From NCBI GenBank assembly GCA_951804945.1, contig OX638157.1:40362001-40426000 (forward strand): DNA of 64,000 nt. Reading direction: 5' to 3'. This stretch comes from Podarcis cretensis. Its lineage: Eukaryota. A program made the translations under genes and the position numbers. The first letter of the stretch is position 1, and the number at the start of each line of letters is the position of its first letter. Of this stretch, positions 50,464 through 64,000 are shown piece after piece. Under the pieces are notes generated by a model that saw nothing but the letters and a program-made list of their open reading frames with translations, ran no database searches and was not told the DNA's origin.

Positions 50464-51708
50464 TGTTGTGTTCAGTTGTTTCCATAGAAATCCTTAGTTA
50501 AAAAAAATGCTGACCATTGGAAGCTCTTCATCTACTTTACCAAATACTGGCTTCATATTTCATTTCATTTCACTTGAAACCAGAAGAACTAGAAACCAAA
50601 CCTGGACTCCTGGACAAGAGATCTCTCTTCTTCCTGCAGAGCAAGTCACACTTTCTCCCTCCCAATTTCTGCAGTAGTGTCTTGAATGCTTGGGAAGCAT
50701 CAGAAAATAGGTTAAGGGATGCACTTTTTTGTGGTTCATCTCAAAGTTATCTTGAAGCATTCCTGAGCCACAGTTTTGACTGGGAGCTGCCGCTCATATT
50801 GATTTACATATATCTGCGTTTGTGCCTTCTTTTGACTTCTTTTACAGCCTTAAATCTATTTCTTCCCCAAGCCTTTATGTACCATTACCTATTTACCTGT
50901 CTGTATTGTCTGGTACAAACCAAATCAATGCTGTCACCTGTATCAAATGGTGTCCTCTCCATATTCAATGTTGTATTCTTCTTTTCATTGCGTCAGCACA
51001 ATCATTTCTACTTGTCAGGTGGAATGTTTTCCCCTCTTTTCCCCTATGTGCTGTTCTGGGATTTCCCCTGACCCACAAGAGCAGATTTGGGGAAGGGGCA
51101 GAAGAGGAAAAGCCGCAATGCACTAGTGGGAGCCCTTGCTCTGGCTTTCATTAGCACAGTGGGTTAACTGAAGCCTTTGATTCACAGTCTGATAGCGGTT
51201 AATTGTGATGAGGTATTAAAAACCCCAACACTTCATATTTATAATCTTGTTGCCTATCAACTGGATTTCCTAAAATATGACTGGTTTAGGGGAGATTTTA
51301 AACATTGTCTCAAAAGGTGTGACTTGCTTTTTGTAGAAAAACAATTGGGGATTTGCTTGATTTTTGCTGTAAGGTTGTGAAATCAGAGGTAGAGTAATGG
51401 GTCCAGTTATAAGGATTAAAACTCCACTTTTATGTAAAAGTTGCACTGTAATTCTATAGGATCTGAGGATAAAAGTGCCTGTGTTGCATGAGAAGCTTCA
51501 TCTCTGGCTTTTAATTGGAAATGGCCCAGTTTATTTCAGCAGCATTTTATTGCATATAAATATACAAGCACCACAATAATAGTTGGTCAAATTTTGATGC
51601 AATTTCATTCTGAACAAGCAAGTGTTTGTTTTTGTGCTCATCCTTGGTTTAATTCTTAGCTGTGCTTAATGTACATTCTTGGATGTATATGTTAAGTCAA
51701 GCATAGTA

Positions 51709-51925
51709 CAGTGGTACCTCGGGTTAAGAACTTAATTTGTTCCGGAGGTCCGTTCTTAACCTGAAACTGTTCTTAACCTGAGGTACCAACTTTAGCTAAT
51801 GGGGCCACTGTGCCGCCGCCACTCAATTTCTGTTCTCATCCTGAAGCGAAGTTCTTAACTCGAGGTACTATTTCTGGGTTAGCGGAGTCTGTAACCTGAA
51901 GCATCTGTAACCCGAGGTACCACTG
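51709..51925. mobile_element. Tc1/mariner MITE, same family, opposite orientation
   Basis: Same TIRs; TA TSD. Confidence 0.9.
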
Positions 51926-53180
51926 TATATCTAGAAACAATCAAAGATTTATGCAGCGTATTGCAAGCCATGGGTTAGTACAATTAGCCAGCTTAACTAA
52001 GACAAAGCATGATAACTAACCGTCACAGCTAAACGACAGTTGCCTGTTCACCTCTTATGATGGCAAAATATATTTGTATCAAGACACTGGGTAGAAGAAA
52101 GGGCTCTGTGCTAGTGTCCATAGCCTCTTGTAGAAACTATATTGCAGAAATCTGGAAGCTATAAATAGTTCCAAGGCTTGGTAAGTCTGGATTAGTACAT
52201 CTGCAGTCAGAATTTGTCATGAGAATAGGAAATGAGGAAGCTGCAATTCAAATAGTGTCTGTGGAAAGACGAACAGTGTATATGGAAATACATTCTCACT
52301 CTAGAGGCAGGAGTAATGTGCCACAAGCGCTGTTGTTTTGACAATTTGCCATAATTTTATTTAGGTCTGACATAAATTTTCCCCATAAAGCCTGGTGAAG
52401 AGATTCCCAGCGTGCAAGGCTGATTTAAAATGTATGTGTAGGCAGTATAGTTTCATTTATCCAGATCTTCCCTGTCCAGATCTTATTATGTGTTGGACAT
52501 ACTTTATGTTCTTTGACACGTCAATATTGAGATAGTATTGTTCTACAGCAGTTGTAATGTTTCTTCCCAGAACTCCCCTCTGTGAGATGCCTGTGATAAA
52601 TGGGACAGTAATCAGACAGTTTCCCGTGGGCCTATGGATAAACATACTTAGCTTTCTTTCTGAGTTTTGCTCTTTAAAATCAGGACTGTGTCTAACATAA
52701 TTTCTCAGACTGCTAAAGTTAACCACTGCCTTGTTCACTATTCTATGCCCTTATGCTTTTTTTGTTGTATCATTGTGTTGATTCTTAAATCAAGAGTGCG
52801 ATCCTGAAAGATAACCTTCCCACCCCCTGTATTACCTTGCTCCTTGGAAATAAAATAGTGTTTGCTGTGCCCATAAATCTATGCAATATTGAAACTGCAG
52901 ATGCAGTCTTTTGAGGTATGGGAAATCATTCTGTTATGTGATTATATACTGTACAAAGCACAATAGGACAGGAAGGGGCAAACTTTCAACATAGAGCTTT
53001 AATAGGTATATTTTTAATAGTTAGGTGGATGGGAAAACTTTGTCAGATACAGACTATAGATATTTGGAATTTCCTTTATGCAACCACTAGGCAACACAGG
53101 GTCAAAAATTCCTTCAGCTGAATCATACTCAATATTCCTATTTATAGTTGGAGAAGTAAGAAGATAAGCTTGGATCCAGA

Positions 53181-53281
53181 CATGGGTGTGGCCAGGTTTT
53201 TGTTTGGGGGGGACACAACCTCAGATTTGCATTGATTTTGATTGATTTAGGAGGGCAGCTGCCCCCTTGGCTATGCCCATG
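53181..53281. mobile_element. hAT MITE, 101 bp
   Basis: CATGGGTGTGGCCAGG / CTTGGCTATGCCCATG; perfect TSD GATCCAGA. Confidence 0.88.
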
Positions 53282-54057
53282 GATCCAGAGGAGTGGGGCT
53301 TGAACACCATTTGTGCAATGGCACTTTTCCACTCGCCCCTAACCACTGTGCTGCATGTACTCCCCAATAATCACTCCTGAGTCCCAACAGTCCAGAGACT
53401 TTCTGGAGTGGCAGGTGGTGCAGGTGCCTGGTCCCATTTCTACCAATTCTCTTCTCCCATTACAGCATTCTGTACCACATTCCAGAAAGCCCACTGCCAC
53501 ATTCCAGAAAGCCCACTGTCTTTCAGGAGCTGTTTTTCAACACTTCTCCAGGGAAGGAGTGGGGAAGCCCCATTTTACGACCAGTGTTTGCACTTTAACA
53601 GTTTCCCATACCATCTTATAACAATAGCAGCAGCCCAAGACGTTGAAAACTGCCTTTATTATTAAAGATGAAGCTATTGATGGGGGCCGGTGTCTTTACT
53701 TGTTTAAAAGTGACGTTCTGGATACAGGCCTTCCTGTGACTTTCTGCTGGTTGTAATTTCATCTGTCCCCATCCGCCTCTAAAACTGCTTCATTGCGCAG
53801 TATCAGATTCTCACACTTCACAAAACATGCATTTTAGGTGACAAAATGAAGTGGTTGCAATAGTGTGGTTAAATGTTCAGCATCTCTGAAAAGTTCTATT
53901 GTATCCCATGGATCACAGGTGGCTATATATTCTGTTGCATGCCAGCCTAAGCTCCAAGTAGTGCAAGATTCCAGGTGCTTGCCCAGGGTTTGATTTCTCA
54001 GAATCAGGGACAGTGGACACTCTGGTGTCTTTAGGAGATGTGGTTTATCTATGCATA

Positions 54058-54425
54058 TGTACAACCTGAGCCTGCAATAGAGGGTTTCACAGCATTAACA
54101 CCCCTAGAGGGTTATGCTTCTTCCACAGCCACAGCCTTGGATCCCAGCAGAAATCAGTCATGACTCTGTCTTTTAGCTGCCTAGCCTGCTTCTTTGCTTC
54201 TAGCTTCTAGCTCACACACCTGAACTCTGTCTGCTGGCCTTCTAACTACCAGACAGTTGGGGGACCCATTTTTGCTTTAGCACAGCCGTGCTACCTTTGT
54301 TACTTTAATGACCCATACTTAGGGAGCCATTCCCAAGAAGCTGGCCTGGCTATTCAAGCAATGAAATCCTCTATTGGATTTTAACCCTTGCTGGCTCCAG
54401 GAATTAGAAAGGACTCAGGCATACA
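54058..54425 (-). mobile_element. Probable solo LTR
   Basis: Ends TGTACAACCTGAG / CTCAGGCATACA (short inverted termini); flanks GCATA / GCTTA; minus-strand ATTAAA near 54304-54309. Confidence 0.6.
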
Positions 54426-55378
54426 GCTTAACCTCAAAAAAAACAAACAAAAAACCTCACAGCAATACTACGAAGAACTATGTGTACTTTACTTACTTTC
54501 ATAAATATTCTCCAATTAGAATCTGCTTTCAGGAATATGTTTGTATCTGGTAATCAAATATGAATCTAAACATTTCACTCATTTTCTCTCAAATGGCAGT
54601 ATGAGTAAGCTAAATTATACAGATGTCTAACTTCAAGCACAACATAATTTTCTATCTATTTTTAGCTTTTCGAGAGCTACGGAATTGATATGATTTCCCT
54701 CTGGTTTGTGCACTTGACATTTCAATATTGGAAGGTCACTCAGATTTATGTTTCTATTTATGTTTTAAATGTTTGATATTTTCTTTTACAACTTTGTTTC
54801 CATTTGGTTCATTTTAGGGATTTGGGACACAGCCAGTCTCTTCCTGCTGTCTTCTGCTCCTTCATCAGCAAATTCATATGCCTTTCCAAACAATTCACAA
54901 TAGGGGAGTCCAGATTACCAGCAGCATTCAAGGAATGTATGAGACAGACCTCAGGGGCAGGCCAGCCATATTCCCTGTTATTTTGCATACGACAGGGGGC
55001 TCTATGCATGTACCAATGTGCACATGTAAAGAGCCTCTGAATGGAGCAGGACCTTGCGTGGAACATTTACATTAGTACACTCTCTTGCCCTCAAGCATTG
55101 CACTGGAGGTGGGGCTCGTCTTGTTTGCCAGATTGGCTTGGTTGCGCTTTCATTGCAAACTGCATATCGGAAATTATGGCTAGAGACACAACTTTTTCCA
55201 AACTTTTCCAGTAATGTGTTGGGCTGCGTGTGTTGCAAATTTCAGTGACCAAGTAGCCATCATAAATGTGTGTGTGTGTTGGAATAATCTCTTAATGGGG
55301 TTCACAGAAGTCTCTTGGTGCACTGAAGTGAGGCGACTGCAGCAGGGTCATCCTCTCCCCACCAGCCACATATTAGTC

Positions 55379-55557
55379 CAGGGGTAGTCAACCTTTTTAT
55401 ACCTACTGCCCACTAATGCATCTTTCTTGATGTTTCTTGACGGTAAAATTTCCTTACCGTCCACCAGTGCTTGATGGAAAGAGGATTCAGCTTGTGCCAT
55501 AGAACCCTCTACCACCCACCTAGAATCCTGAAACGCCCACCAGGTTGACAATCCCTG
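55379..55557. mobile_element. hAT MITE
   Basis: CAGGGGTAGTCAACC / GGTTGACAATCCCTG; TSD TATTAGTC / CATTAGAC. Confidence 0.8.
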
Positions 55558-55594
55558 CATTAGACAACAATGGACTCAGCTACATTAGTAAGGA

Positions 55595-55949
55595 GGGACA
55601 CAGGTGGCACTGTGGGTTAAACCACAGAGCCTAGGACTTGCCGATCAGAAGGTCGGCAGTTCGAATCCCCGTCATGGGCTGAGCTCCCGTTGCTCGGTCA
55701 CTGCTCCTGCCAGCCTAGCAGTTTGAAAGCACGTCAAAGTGCAAGTAGATAAATAGGTACCGCTCCAGCGGGAAGGTAAACGGCGTTTCCGTGCACTGCT
55801 CTGGTTCTCTAGAAGCGGCTTAGTCATGCTGGCCACACGACCCGGAAGCTGTACGCCAGCTCCCTCGGCCAATAAAGCGAGATGAGCGCCGCAACCCCAG
55901 AGTCGGCCATGACTGGACCTAATGGTCAGGGGTCCCTTTACCTTTACTT
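55595..55949 (+). mobile_element. Sauria-type SINE, second subfamily
   Basis: GGGACACAGGTGGCACTGTGGGTTAAACC head; CCTTTACCTTTA tail; degenerate TSD TACATTAGTAAGGA / TATATTTGTAAGGA. Confidence 0.9.
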
Positions 55950-56985
55950 TATATTTGTAAGGAAACAGCAATTAGAATGCACTATAAACATGCAACACTA
56001 GATGGCGGCAGAGAGCAGGAAATTTTAAAACGCTGTTTTCCATAAGGATTTCTTTCTTTTGTTATAACGATCCAATTTCTGACTTATTTATAGCGTTTTC
56101 CCCCTGTGTCTAGAGCCACCCTATGTGATGCAAGCCTATGTGTGCAACAGGGAATCCTGGGTCAATCAGCATTCACCCTCATACAGAGGACCCAATATGT
56201 GTAGGGCTGCTTCTCATGGCTGCCAGATGTGCAGCTAATGGTAAGCTCTGTGGACAGCATGTGTAGCAGGGCAGAAGACAGGTTAGCCACACGACCCCCT
56301 AGCACGTGCTTCCAATATGTGGTGGAGCTTGTATGAAACCTCACCATCATTACTGTTCAAAAAAGTTTTTTAAAGCTGGAACTATAAAAATGTCTTACAA
56401 AAAGAGGACTTTATTGTAGTTCAGGTGCTTTCAGTGTGCTCTAGTCCTCTAAGCTTCACAGTTCAGTAGCTATCTAATACGGTTTACCTTTTCAGACAGC
56501 AGTGCCAGCTTTCATTGCATCATCTGCTGCTGATTTCTTAAGAGCTAAATAAATGGTTCCTTACAAACTTTGATCATTAAAGGCAGCAGTAGAGGCAGAA
56601 GAAGGTGTTAACAAACTGCCAGGATGGATTTTTGTTCCAAAGCTGATATGGTAATGCACTGCAGCAAGAATAATTTTGAACTCAGTCATATCCAGCAGTT
56701 ATGCAAGTGAACTTTCACATGAACAATGACAAGATTAAAGTCAACCTTTATAAAATTCAGCCTTTCTTGCTGAGTTGAAAAACCACTAGTGATTGGTGTC
56801 GGGGAACTTTGATAAAGACCTATGTCTGCCCATCATAAACTTAATCCTTTATGGAATTAGTGATTATGGAAATGTGTCGGTTGGAATAAAGGAAAGAGTT
56901 TACCTATTCTGTAGTGTTTTTCAGGTTTAAACCACTATGGCCCACTCTGTGCATAGGATTGCAGATTTGGAGGTGAAGCAGTTTA

Positions 56986-57227
56986 CAGTGGTACCTCGGG
57001 TTCCATACGCTTCAGGTTACAGATGCTTCAGGTTACAGACTCCGCTAACCCAGAAATAGTACCTCGGGTTAAGAACTTTGCTTCAGGATGAGAACAGAAA
57101 TCTTGCTCCAGCGATGCAGCGGCAGCAGGAGACCCCATTAGCTAAAGTGGTGCTTCAGGTTAAGAACAGTTTCAGGTTAAGAACGGAACTCCAGAACGAA
57201 TTAAGTTCTTAACCTGAGGTACCACTG
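56986..57227. mobile_element. Tc1/mariner MITE, same family
   Basis: Same TIRs; TA TSD. Confidence 0.9.
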
Positions 57228-59261
57228 TACTTTGGGTTGAGTATAATGACTTCAATGTGGTTTACAAAACTTCACTTCACAACAAACCAGTCAGCTGCTA
57301 ATGTGTTATATCACACCGTGTGACATTTTCATAGTGTCACTTTTTACAGTTGGGCTGTTTTAAAGAACAAATTCAAGCATAATAACATTAGCAAGTGCAA
57401 GTGAGTCCTTAAAAAAAGAGACGCTATTCTGCCTTTGGGGAAATCTGCACCCAGTATGTCAGTACACCATGTACAAAAATAAAATAAAGCAAAAATCTCT
57501 CTTGGTTCAGAGCTGATAAAAGTGGTGCGGTAAATAAAATGATAAATTCTCAGTTCAATAGCCAAAAGGAAAATGAATACATTGCTATGCATTGTTTACC
57601 CAATGTTTTAAAAAGCTCTTGAAGTAATGCATAAACATAAAGGACACTGAACTGGAATTTCTGAAAGATGGTCTGATCTACACCAGCTGCAATACCAACA
57701 TACATTTCATTGGCGTGCCAAGAGGCAATTACTTTAGAACTAACGAGGAGGCAGCACCCCACCCGTACCCAGTGGAGCACCCTTTCAAATACATTTTTCA
57801 AAAAAAAAATGGATAAAAGCATGAGCACGTAAGATACTGAACTGCAAGCAAATCCAAACACAGTTGTGTTAATGCTCTGCATGCAATGTCTGCTCCAGAA
57901 GCAAAAGCGGGGGGGGGGGGTCATTAGTTTGACTGCATTTGTAGTTTATTTATTTCATGTCTTTTAAAATGGATTGTTTTCCTCCAAATGTATTTTTAAA
58001 ACACGTGCCCATTTTATTGATTTATTTAGTAATATTCTTTAGACCACATTTCGTGACACTGGTCATAATGTGGTTCCCAAGATAATGAAATCACACAGCA
58101 TTTAAAACCAGGAGCACAATTAAAATCATCAAAAATTAACAGCAACAGTAATTACAGTGCAGGAAATCCTAAAACCAAGCTTAAACAAAAACCCATGAAA
58201 TCCTGTGAGAACAGATGTGTTGTTAATTAGGTGATGGAAAGCCATCAGTGATCAGTGTCTCCAACGGGAGTGAGTTCAGAAGCATATTACAGATCTGCTC
58301 AGTGGCCCAAAAAGACTGGCAAGCCCTAGAAGAGGAGCAAGGTTTCTAGACGCATGCAATGCCCAACTCTGCATCTGGTCTTCTTGGCACGAACCTCTAT
58401 TTGGCAATTAATCACCCCTGAAGAGAACAAATATATTTTCCTGATGAACACTGCCCCTTCTGGTTAAATCAACCACAGGGACCTCAACCAGTTTTTCACA
58501 TGGATATCTATTGGTGCACCACTCTTTAACTCCTGACATGCAAGGTCAAGTACAGTCTCTGTCAACTTATACCTATCTGGATTGGCTCACCTATGCTTCC
58601 ATCCACTCGCAAAAAAAATTGAAGGTAACAGGTCTCCAGTTACTTGGCAACCTTTTGTTTTTCAATCCCCTCCCTCCTTAGCCTCAGTCTCAATCATGTT
58701 CATGTTTTGTCTCAGGGACCCCTCCACACACACACTTCTCATTAAACTGGGGCTTTAGGTTTTTGTCCCCAAGGGCCCCATCACTGCCCAATCTCAATGG
58801 GAGGCTCCAGAACAATTTCAACCCCTAGTAGCTCCTCTACTCTCTTCCCTTGCCTCTTCTCTTTCTGTGTGTGCTTCTCTCCAAGTTAGTTGATGCCCTT
58901 AAGGGGACATGAAGTCATGTGGCCTCCCATGAGGTAACTTTCCCATCCTTAAACCACCTGTAGTGGGTTCTCCACCATGCAGAGTTTCCTGGGTGAAGCA
59001 CAGTCTGCAAACTTTGAAGGGTAGGTTATGTCTTGTGTCCATGCGTAGCCATTTCAAGATCCCTGCTATGCAACTGTGGCCCCAGACTCCTGGGTCGCTG
59101 TGAAACTTGGGGAACCCACTGCTTCTTTTTGCCTGGCAACATGTAACTCATAGCATTTTAACCTTTGTTTCTTTCTCTTCTATTTCCTTGATCTTGCTGT
59201 CTTTTCTGGCCGCCCAACTTCTACTTAAAAACCTCAAAAGAATGAGAGTCCGTCACATCCC

Positions 59262-59670
59262 AAGGGAGTCTCTTCTCTTCCACTGTCAAGCACCTCTTAG
59301 GATCAGAAGGTTCTTCCTGTTAGTTGGAATATCCTGTCTTGTAACTTGAATCCATTAGTTCAAGTACTACTCTTTGGAGCAGGAGAAAACAAGCTTGCTC
59401 CATCGTCCATGTGACAGCCCTTTAAATATTTGAAGATGGCTATCATATTTCATCTCAAGTTTCCTCTTTCCCAGGCTAAACTTGACCAACTCCCTCAACT
59501 GTTCCTCATTAGGCTTAGTTTGCAGATCCTTGATCATTTTGCTCATCCTCCTCTGCACACGTTGCAACTTGTCAATATTCTTTTTAGATTGTGATGCCCA
59601 GGACCAGAAAGAGTACTCCAGGTGTGGTTTGACCAAGGCAAAAATGAGTGGTGACTTTCCTTGACCTGGA
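59262..59670 (-). mobile_element. CR1 LINE fragment (degraded)
   Basis: VKPHLEYS..WASQSKKNIDKLQRVQRR. Confidence 0.85.
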
Positions 59671-61096
59671 CGCTACATTTCTGAGTAGTATACATGCAGA
59701 GACTCAAGCACTGAGTGCTACATGATTGCAAAGCCTTGGAGGTATATAAAATATTTGCACTGTTTAGCACTGCAAAGACAAATGCTTTTACATAAGAACA
59801 CACTCTGAACTAATCCACCAAAATCAGTCAGTTAAGCCTTTAAGATGTACACAGCACAGTATCTAGCTCTTTTTCAAGAAATGTGTGGGAAAATGAAGCA
59901 TATATTGTTTGTTAGAAGCTGAGCAAACAGAACTGGAATTCTGATGTTTCCTAGCTGTGAATCATCCATTTTTTTTAAAGTCAGAGCTTTTTTCTTTTTT
60001 TTTAATGCCTACAGTGCTGACACCCAGTCCAGGTGCATATGCTTAGAGTCAACCCAGGAATAAAAATGTCTGCTACGACTGATTGCAGCCAATCCATTTT
60101 GGAAAAAAGAATGTCTATCCTTCACTCTACTGAACTATTCTTTTGTTCTAAAGATAAGAATGACGAAAGAATATGTGAATTTGGTTTTGTCATTTGAAAA
60201 TTTAGAAGACCCCCTATCTAATAAGTATTTTTCTATATAATACTGACATATTATATAGAAATATATATATATTGCAATTACAGCAGCACAGTGCCACTGT
60301 TGGGGTCCCAAATGGTGCTGGGGGTGGGACAGGACTGGTAAGAGGCTGAGTTTTGATTGCATTCCTGAGACTAACATTTGCTTTGACCCACCAGTGTTGC
60401 AGCATGTTTTCTATAGATGTTTCACTTGAACAAGTTTACATTGGAATGTAAGCTTAAAACTCACATGTATCATGGGTTATGCAGTAGGTCTTTCTCGTCC
60501 TAAAAACAGACCATTAATTTCAGGAAACAACTTTAAGTACAGCTCACCAACATTTAAAACTTGAACCACACATTATAAAACAAAAAGCATTATTGTCATG
60601 AATTACGGGGATCAAAGGCAGCAAGGAATCTGTTTCTTTGAAATCAACCAAATTCCATTCACATGAGCCATAATGTCTAACACTACTGAAAGTGCTACTA
60701 CTTCTGAATTTTTACTAGCCAGGTTTTCTCCCCAGTCCTACTGGAAATTCTGGTTCCTCAAGTGATAAAATCTTATCAGATCAGCAACTCAGGCCATTTC
60801 TTCCTTCTCTTCAAGTGACATAATTTGAAGCGCTTGGACCAAATGCTGGGTGTCCATAAGAGATCCAAAATGACACCTTCCCTCCAAGTTACTGAACTTG
60901 AAATTTTAATGCAACTGTATGCCAGATATGTAGAATGTGAGCAATGCAAATGGTTTTGGATAGGTATACTTATATAAATTTTTAAGGCGCTTAGAAACAA
61001 TGTTGAAAACCCTGAAAATATTTGCTTTCATGTTCTTATACAAGTAAATTTGTATTGCTTGAAGAACAGGGCTGGAGAACCTTTGACTCTCTAGAT

Positions 61097-61232
61097 CAGG
61101 CTTCCTCAACCTCGGCCCTCCAGATGTTTTGAGACTACAATTCCCATCATCCCTGACCACTGGTCCCGCTAGCTAGGGATCATGGGAGTTGTAGGCCAAA
61201 AACATCTGGAGGGCCAAGGTTGAGGAAGCCTG
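61097..61232. mobile_element. hAT MITE, 136 bp, same family, nested in an older MITE
   Basis: Same TIRs; perfect TSD CTCTAGAT (61089-96, 61233-40). Confidence 0.93.
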
Positions 61233-61659
61233 CTCTAGATGTTGCTGAACTACAACTCCCATCAGCCCCAGCAACTATGACCAATGCCCAGGGATTAGGA
61301 AGGCCATATGTTTCTCACTGATGGCTAAGAGCATCTCCATACAAAGGGCATCCTGATTATGTTAGGACCCACCCACCCCCATACATTACCACATTTATAA
61401 AGCCCTTTCTAAGCAACCTGGGGGCATGGGACTAGGCTAGCCTGCATGGCTGCACTACCTGCTTCAAGTGGTCTTTCAACAGGCAGAACCACCACCACCT
61501 TTTAATTATCTGAATCCATGCCTTGAAATGCAAGGTAAAAGCCTCAAGTGGAATCAAATACATGGCTAGGATAGGAGGGAAGCTGCAGACATGTCTCCCC
61601 CCCATTCATTTATTTGTTTAGAACACTTTTGGGTTGCCCAGCCAACTAAGTCCTCTGGA

Positions 61660-62146
61660 CTGTGTCCAGTTCTGGGCGCCACAATTTAAGGATATTAACA
61701 AGCTGGAACGTGTGCAGAGGATAGTCACCAAGATGATAAAACGTCTGGAAATCAATCCTTAAGAAGAACAGTCGAGGGCGTTGGTTATGTTTAGCCTGGT
61801 AAAAAGGAAACTGAGAGGAGATATGATAGCCATCTTCAAAGGGCTGTCACATGGAAGATGGAGCAAGTTTGTTTTTTTCCTGCTCCAGAGGACAGGACCC
61901 GAACTAATGGATTCAAGTTACAGGAAAGGAGATTCTGACTGAACAGAACTTTCTGAAAGTAAGAGGTGTTTGACAGTAGAACAGACTCCCTTGGGGGATT
62001 GTAGACTCCCCTTCATTGGAGGTTTTCAAGCAGAGGTTGGATGGCCATCTGTCATGTAGGATCTAGTTGAGATTCCTGCATTGCAGGAGGTTAGACTAGA
62101 TGAGTCTTGGGGTCCCTTCCAACTCTACAGTTCTTTGATTCTATGA
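61660..62146 (+). mobile_element. CR1 LINE 3' end
   Basis: [10 protein letters not shown]-coding sequence through GGTCCCTTCCAACTCTACAGTTCTTTGATTCTATGA tail. Confidence 0.9.
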
Positions 62147-63004
62147 CGCAGACAAATCTGAAAAATGTTTTTGAGTGATATAACACTATTCATAATGCGG
62201 TATGAAAAAAATTTATGTGCTTTTCAGTGGGATACGGGTAAATAAAAACAAAATAAAAGGGACACAGCTTCACAACTGTAAACTCAATGGAATTAATGCT
62301 TGGATTGAGATGGACCTGCTGTTGTAATCCCTCTTCTCCTCCTCCTACAGATTTTACTACCTTGTGTGACCCTACTGGGAGTATGAGACTCCCGATGGCT
62401 TTGCTCACAAAGATCAGAGGAACGTGCAGGCCCACTCACCATGGCAAGGTGATGATCCAACGAGTGAGAGAATAGGAGTTATTACCTTTTGAATCTTGGA
62501 TGTAGGAATTTGCAGCAGTGTTTGAAGTGCTACCTAAGGAAATATCTTTTTGAAAGGGAAAACATTGCACAAGAGTGGTTTTCATTCTACCCCAAACAAC
62601 CAATTTCTTTGCCAGAAAAACAAATAAAAGTGAGAAAAATGTTTTCTTCTAAATGTTTCTGGGTTTTTCCAGGCCTTCACATCTCAAAGTATGTGGGCAA
62701 TTACAACTGAACTGTTCTGTGCATTCAATTGCTCTTCTAAAGTCCCATTGTTAAATGTAGTCCATTGATCCTATTTGTAAGACATGCATTGCCGTTTTTT
62801 TAAAAAGAGGAAGCTGCACCAGCATAGTCTTTTGCTGAAAGAGAAAGGAATCCAGATTCTTCAGTACTGCTGTAACTAGTAAGTATTACAGTGTAAGTGC
62901 TGGGTTTATGGTTTGGCTGTTAAGGGTCCCTGGATTCAGAAAATCTGAGCAACTACAGTCTCCTCTTCTTGGACAAGGCTTTTTGGGTGGTCACAGACCA
63001 AACC

Positions 63005-63995
63005 CAGGCACTTTTGGAGGAAATTGATTTCCTAGATCCATTTCCATCAGGGTCTAGGCCCATTTTTGGCACAGAAACTGATTGGTCATCCTGTATGATG
63101 ACCTCTCCTGGGAGAGAGACAGGGGAAATGTGTCCCTGTTAATTGTCCGTGACGGGTTTCAATACCATCAGCCATGGTATTCTTCTGGAGCTGCTACTTG
63201 AGTTAGGGATAGGCAGCCCCACTTTGCAGTGGATCAACTCCTACTTGGATGGTTGTTTCCAGAGAGGGATGCTTGGGGAGTGCTCTTTGGCCCTGTGGAA
63301 CCATCAATGTGGAGTTCTTCAGGGTTCACTTTTATCCTCTGTGCTGTTTAACATCTACATGAAACAGCTGAATGGGGTTATCTAGAGTTTTGGAGTATGC
63401 TGTCAGCAATATGCCCACGACACACAGCTCTACTTCTCGTTTACATCTGCAGGTCTGAAGATGTTTCAGAAACTTCAGCTGATGCAGAATTTGGTGGCAA
63501 GGTTGCTCAACAGGGAAAGACCATTTTAGCATATTATACTGGTCCTGAACTGACTGCACCAGTTGCCAATTAGTGTCTGGGCCCAGTTCAAAGTGCTGGT
63601 TAAACAACTTACAACTGCAATACCTCAAGGACAAACCTCTCCCCATATGAACTGGGCCCTGCAGTCATCATTTGAGGCCCTTCTTTGTTTACTTCTTCTA
63701 CAAGGGGTTTGGAAGATGGCAACATGAGAACAGGCCTTTTCTGTGGTGACTCTCAGTTTGTGGAATGCTCTTCCCAGGGCGGCTTTCCTGGCGCCTTCAT
63801 TACATATTTTTAGGCGCCAGGTTTCTCTTCAGTCAGAGAATGTTGTCTGGTTGATCAACTATCTATTTTTTTAAAAAAAACAACCCAAACCAACACTATT
63901 GGTTTGTTTTTGTTTGATTATGTATTTTGTATACTCATTTTGTATTTTACTGTTGTGAACTTTACCGGGGTCTTTGGCCAGCTGAAGGACAGCAT
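63005..63995 (+). mobile_element. L2 LINE fragment(s)
   Basis: FNTISHGILL..GVLQGSLLSSVLFNIYM..YAHDTQLY RT remnants, internal deletion, then L2 3' region. Confidence 0.8.
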
Positions 63996-64000
63996 ACAAA

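Noticed and set aside
53475-53518. 22-bp perfect tandem duplication
   Set aside because: Ordinary slippage duplication; no spacers or array structure.
56002-56018. 17-nt inverted match to 43903-43919 (ATGGCGGCAGAGAGCAG)
   Set aside because: A single 17-mer match within 64 kb is not unlikely by chance and does not extend.
45400-64000. A protein-coding neighbour upstream of LRBA (e.g. RPS3A as in mammals), or nested MAB21L2
   Set aside because: No recognisable exons; ORFs here are CR1, L2 or SINE remnants or random.

Overview
Vertebrate genomic DNA, almost certainly a squamate and probably a lacertid lizard, judging by Sauria-type SINEs and squamate MITE families. The window holds the 5' end of LRBA on the minus strand: a CpG-island promoter with non-coding first exon(s) (~43.4-44.2 kb), first coding exon 42790-43026, a 34-kb intron, then nine more coding exons (8728 down to 1357). 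All have GT-AG junctions and stay in frame (1514 coding nt); the gene continues past the left edge. The rest is intron/intergenic DNA with Tc1/mariner and hAT MITEs, SINEs, CR1/L2/RTE/L1 fragments and two probable solo LTRs. The standout is a non-coding ~800-bp insertion just upstream of the promoter (44547-45344), bounded by a perfect 16-bp target-site duplication. It carries an apparently intact type I hammerhead ribozyme (44895-44947) and an inverted segment ending at the predicted self-cleavage site. It reconstructs as a ~390-nt cleavage-to-cleavage monomer followed by a second variant unit: a retrozyme- or Penelope-pLTR-like non-autonomous retroelement, probably inserted by twin priming. 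Repeat family names come from recall, not a database search.
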